Shown: positions 34,300-37,954 of the stretch, one piece after another
Numbering within the stretch: position 1 is the first letter of the stretch
Layout: every line of letters starts with the position of its first letter
Origin: Octopus bimaculoides
Lineage: Eukaryota
Length of the DNA stretch: 37,954 bases
Reading direction: 5' to 3'
Assembly (NCBI RefSeq): GCF_001194135.2
Contig: NC_068988.1
Coordinates: 80,886,751-80,924,704 of the forward strand
The notes under the pieces: model-generated
Told to the model about the DNA's origin: nothing
Databases searched by the model: none
What the model saw: only the letters and a program-made list of their open reading frames with translations
Position numbers and translations under genes: made by a program

Positions 34300-34680
34300 A
34301 GAAAGCATGAGGGCTTGGTAATAACTGGGTCTAGTTGTGACAAAAGTCAAAAAGATTTTGAGAGTTAATGAGTTAGCCAGGTGATGGTACCAACAAATGC
34401 AGACAATTCAGATATCACCTCTGTATCAGCAATGTTGGAATAAGTGGAGTATGAGATGGAGATATTGTGTACATTGAAGTCATTGAAGAGAATGTGTTGA
34501 CAGAGGTGAGAAAAGGTAAACGTATTTGATGTAAGATAACTGTTGGTATTTGAAGGCACTTGGGACAGCAAATGACTTAGAGAATGGAGAATGGAACTAT
34601 GGTAATTGAAAGTATTTGTTGCTGATACTTAGATGACAGCAATGAGGGCAGAATGTGTGCATAAATGCAGGCTTCAGCTT
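34300..34680 (-). mobile_element. Probable CR1/L2-type LINE AP-endonuclease remnant
   Basis: Minus frame HILFNDFNVHN resembles the APE I.LGDFN.H motif; C-rich coding strand. Confidence 0.45.
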
Positions 34681-35237
34681 TTAGAACAGAACTTTAAATA
34701 TAGCACGATAAGAAATAGAGGATATATATCTCAGAAAGGAACAATATTTATGAGTAAGGTTTTTCTTGTTTTTATCACATTTGATTAAGTATATGTGCAT
34801 ACATATGTAGGGGAATCTTATCACTGGTATTGTGTATTGGTAAGTAATTTAACCTGAGATATTATTTTTTAGTAATATTCTATTCAAAGAAAAGTTCTGT
34901 TTACTTTATTAAAAACAGAAATAATCATGTTGATGCTTGCAGAGTTTCTATGAAAACTTTGGCACTAATGCTAAATTCATTCATTGTCTTCAAAGAGATA
35001 AATTTACTAAATTTAGATTGTTGCTACAAGTGCCATAAAAATATTCAGTCATGATTAGCTCTGTCTTAAATATAATTTTCAAACCTAGTTGAAGGAGCAT
35101 TTGTGTCTTGAGTAGTTTCACTTATTGCTGTAATCATGTACCCACAGATGAAGGCGTTCCCAAATCATCTTGTTATTGTAATAATCATATATTATCACTT
35201 TTGTCACCTGAGGCTAGAATATTATGTTGGTTTCAAA

Positions 35238-35442
35238 CTTTGGCACAAGGCCAGCAATTTCAGAGGAGGAGTAAGACAATTACATCAACCTCAGTGTTCA
35301 ACTGGTACTTATTTTATTGACCCCCTAAAGGATGAAAGGCAAAGTTAACCTCAGCAGAATTTGAACTCAGAACATAAAAGCAGATGAAAAGGTGCTCAGC
35401 ATTTTGCCTGACATGCTAACTGTTCTGTTAGCTTGCTGCCTT
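35238..35442 (-). mobile_element. SINE family C
   Basis: ggatgaaaggcaaagttaacctcagcagaatttgaactcagaac. Confidence 0.85.
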
Positions 35443-36077
35443 GGACTAGAATATTATATTGCTATGTAATATATATTGTGAGCACAAATATAAGTAAACC
35501 AAGTAGTTATATGAGTCTTGCCTTTCAATCAACATTTTGGCAGACAGAGAAATGCACATCCAACAGAAATATAGGTAGAAGATCCCTTCATTTGGAGTAA
35601 AAATGTTTCTTTACACCAGGGGGTCTCAGCAAGTTGTAGCTAAGTGCTTCCTTTCACCAAGTATTATCTTGCTTAAAAAACAATAACCCCCCTCCACAAA
35701 AAAAAAAAAAAGAATTTCAGAATCAAACAAAGTTAATTTTGTGCACTGGTTTATTAACCCTATTTTCTTCTATCATCTCATTTATTATGTACCCCTGTTT
35801 AGATATTAGATATTTGCATGGATTAGGGTCTCCCATCTTAAATCTTTCATGGAAGTTACTAAAGAAGATAAGAACTTATATCATGAAATTACATTGTACC
35901 TTGGCACATCAGTTATGTTTTCTATGCACAATGGCCTTCTTATATATGAATTCCAACAAAGGCATTTTTTAAAATAATATTTTATTTGTAAAATAAACCA
36001 TAACTCCTCTAAATACCCAGTGCTCCTTATAGTACCTCATTGACATTTTCCACCTCCCTGTAAGCTCACTACAACAT

Positions 36078-36159
36078 GAGTGTTACAGCTCATGTTAAGT
36101 GCCACTCATATTCAAAAGGGAGTGTTACAGCTCAAGTTAAGTGCCACTCATATTCAAAA
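36078..36159 (+). repeat. Direct tandem duplication, 2 x 42 bp
   Basis: gagtgttacagctca(t/a)gttaagtgccactcatattcaaaa at 36078 and 36120. Confidence 0.95.
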
Positions 36160-37112
36160 ATATAATTCTTTTTACTTAACCACCCTCAATACCATGGACT
36201 TGACACCATTTGGTTGCTTGACCTGCTGTAACTGGCTTTATCACTACCATACTTTTTATGCATGTTTTACTATGAGTAGTTGGGTCTTTTGCAATACTGT
36301 ATATTGTTAATTCGTGGCCTGTTCACCTAGCTAGTGAGGTGAAATCTAAAATGATACAAAGCACATTATGACCAGTGATGTATAACAAAATCCAATAGTT
36401 TGGCCAACCGCATGATCATGTGATATCATTAATCCATATTTCATAATTCCATAATTCATAGGATCCCTTATCATCTCTTTCTTGAGAAGAAACATCTTTA
36501 AGTCAGCTTTCATCACATTATCCCAAGACTTTCCTCTTCTACAGATTCCACTAACCTGACACTTCACTGTGCAGCAATCTTCCTTCAAGATATTGCTGGA
36601 TCAGGACCTGGAACTACATAACAACAACTACCTGTGCACCATTGGATTGGTGGATCAGGAATGACCTAGAGCCACACAATAATAAGACCTCTGAATACTT
36701 TAGCCCTAATGAAACTCATCCAAACAGTAACCCTTCTCTTTTCCTCCGGTTATGCTTTCTACTCCACTTCACTCTTACTCTCCCATAAACGATATTGCAA
36801 AACTCAGTGCTTGTGTAAGTTTTCCACGCAATCAGTTAAATTATCAGCTAAAAACAAACACTTACTAAGCAGTAACAAAGTGTGCGTGCACGCACACACG
36901 CTCACACAATTTATAAATGCACTTATATGTTTATAGCATTCATATCTCGTGAAGATTCCTTATTGTCATCCCTTTGGAACAAACCTTTTTCAATAACAGT
37001 TACTGGCTGATAACATGTAATAAATTTACAATTTGACTTCCACTAATTTTAATAGCAATAGCAGGTTAACGATAACACGGCAATTGATTAAAAAAATTAG
37101 AGATATGTACAT

Positions 37113-37276
37113 AGGTGCAGGAGTGGCTGCATGGTAAGTAGTTTGTTTATCAACCACACAGTTCCAGGTTCAGTCCTATTGCATGGCATCTTGGGCAAGT
37201 GTCTTTTACTATAGCCTCAGGCTGACCAAAGCCTTGTGAGTGAATTTGGTAGACAGAAACTGAAAGAAGCCCGTTG

Positions 37277-37311
<35 letters not shown>

Positions 37312-37531
37312 ATGGTTATGTGTCTGTGTTTGTCTGCTCACCATCGCTTGACAACTGATACTAGTGTGTTTACATCCCTGTAACTTAGTGGTTCGGTAAA
37401 AGAGACTGATAGAATGTATAAATGCACTTATATATTTATAGCTTACAACGAATAAGTCCTGGAGTCGATTTGTTTGATTAAAGGCGGTGCTCCAGCATGG
37501 CTGCAGTCAACTGACTGAAACAAATAAAAGA
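37113..37531 (+). mobile_element. tRNA-derived SINE family B, near full length, with internal TA/TG microsatellite
   Basis: Head ggtgcaggagtggctgcatggtaag...ccaggttcagtcc; 3' ggtgctccagcatggctgcagtcaactgactgaaacaaataaaagaata. Confidence 0.88.
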
Positions 37532-37649
37532 ATACAAGAATAAAGGATATGCACACATGCACACACCACACACACATATATATACATAAAATTTTGAAAT
37601 AGAAGAAATATATAAATATATACATAGATAATGTGTGCGTATGTGTTTA

Positions 37650-37679
<30 letters not shown>

Positions 37680-37680
<1 letters not shown>

Positions 37681-37954
37681 CATCATCATCATCATCATCG
37701 TTTAACGTCCGCTTTCCATGCTAGCATGGGTTGGACGATTTGACTGAGGACTGGTGAAACCGGATGGCAACACCAGGCTCCAATCTAATTTGGCAGAGTT
37801 TCTACAGCTGGATGCCCTTCCTAATGCCAACCACTCAGAGAGTGTAGTGAGTGCTTTTACGTGTAGCATGGCTGTTCGTACACATGCGTCATACAGTCTA
37901 CCTTTTACTCTGAGTGAGAGTCCCTTTGTCGCCAGCAGAGGTAAGAGCTCTCTA
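37680..37954 (-). mobile_element. RTE LINE copy in which the 3' UTR/(GAT)n tail is joined directly to internal ORF2 sequence (internal deletion or chimera)
   Basis: 37680-37862 matches the 3' UTR family; 37863-37954 is nearly identical to 138-229 (RELLPLLATKGLSLRVKGRLYDACVRTAML). Confidence 0.88.

Noticed and set aside
36078-36159. CRISPR-like repeats (also the 29859/29972 units)
   Set aside because: Adjacent tandem copies without unique spacers, eukaryotic context, no cas genes.
1-37954. Window being one large LTR- or repeat-bounded unit because both ends share sequence (138-229 vs 37863-37954)
   Set aside because: The shared sequence is internal RTE ORF2 from two separate copies of an abundant LINE.

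Overview
AT-rich, microsatellite-dense eukaryotic genomic DNA with four sized N-gaps. The repeat families and composition resemble an octopus/cephalopod genome (inference). One host gene is clearly readable: a minus-strand ITM2/BRI2-family (BRICHOS) type II membrane protein. Its first three coding exons are 21431-21511, 2380-2556 and 902-1135, all joined in phase 0, with an ~18.9 kb first intron; the remaining exons lie left of the window. The rest is mostly decayed mobile DNA: two RTE-type LINE families, R4/Dong-like and CR1/L2-like fragments, two maT (DD37D-like) and one mariner transposon remnant, a Helitron Rep fragment, three tRNA-derived SINE families, and Penelope-like element (PLE) pieces. 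The most notable observations are: (1) a near-intact type I hammerhead ribozyme fold at 25478-25522 downstream of a PLE reverse transcriptase fragment; (2) a second, decayed copy of that module in a short, TSD-flanked, poly(A)-tailed, internally inverted insertion at 27011-27348; (3) several fold-back palindromes, three inside the ITM2 intron; (4) a candidate alternative first exon of ITM2; (5) a locally templated 26-bp insertion inside a SINE. All assignments were made by eye from remembered motifs; no searches were run.
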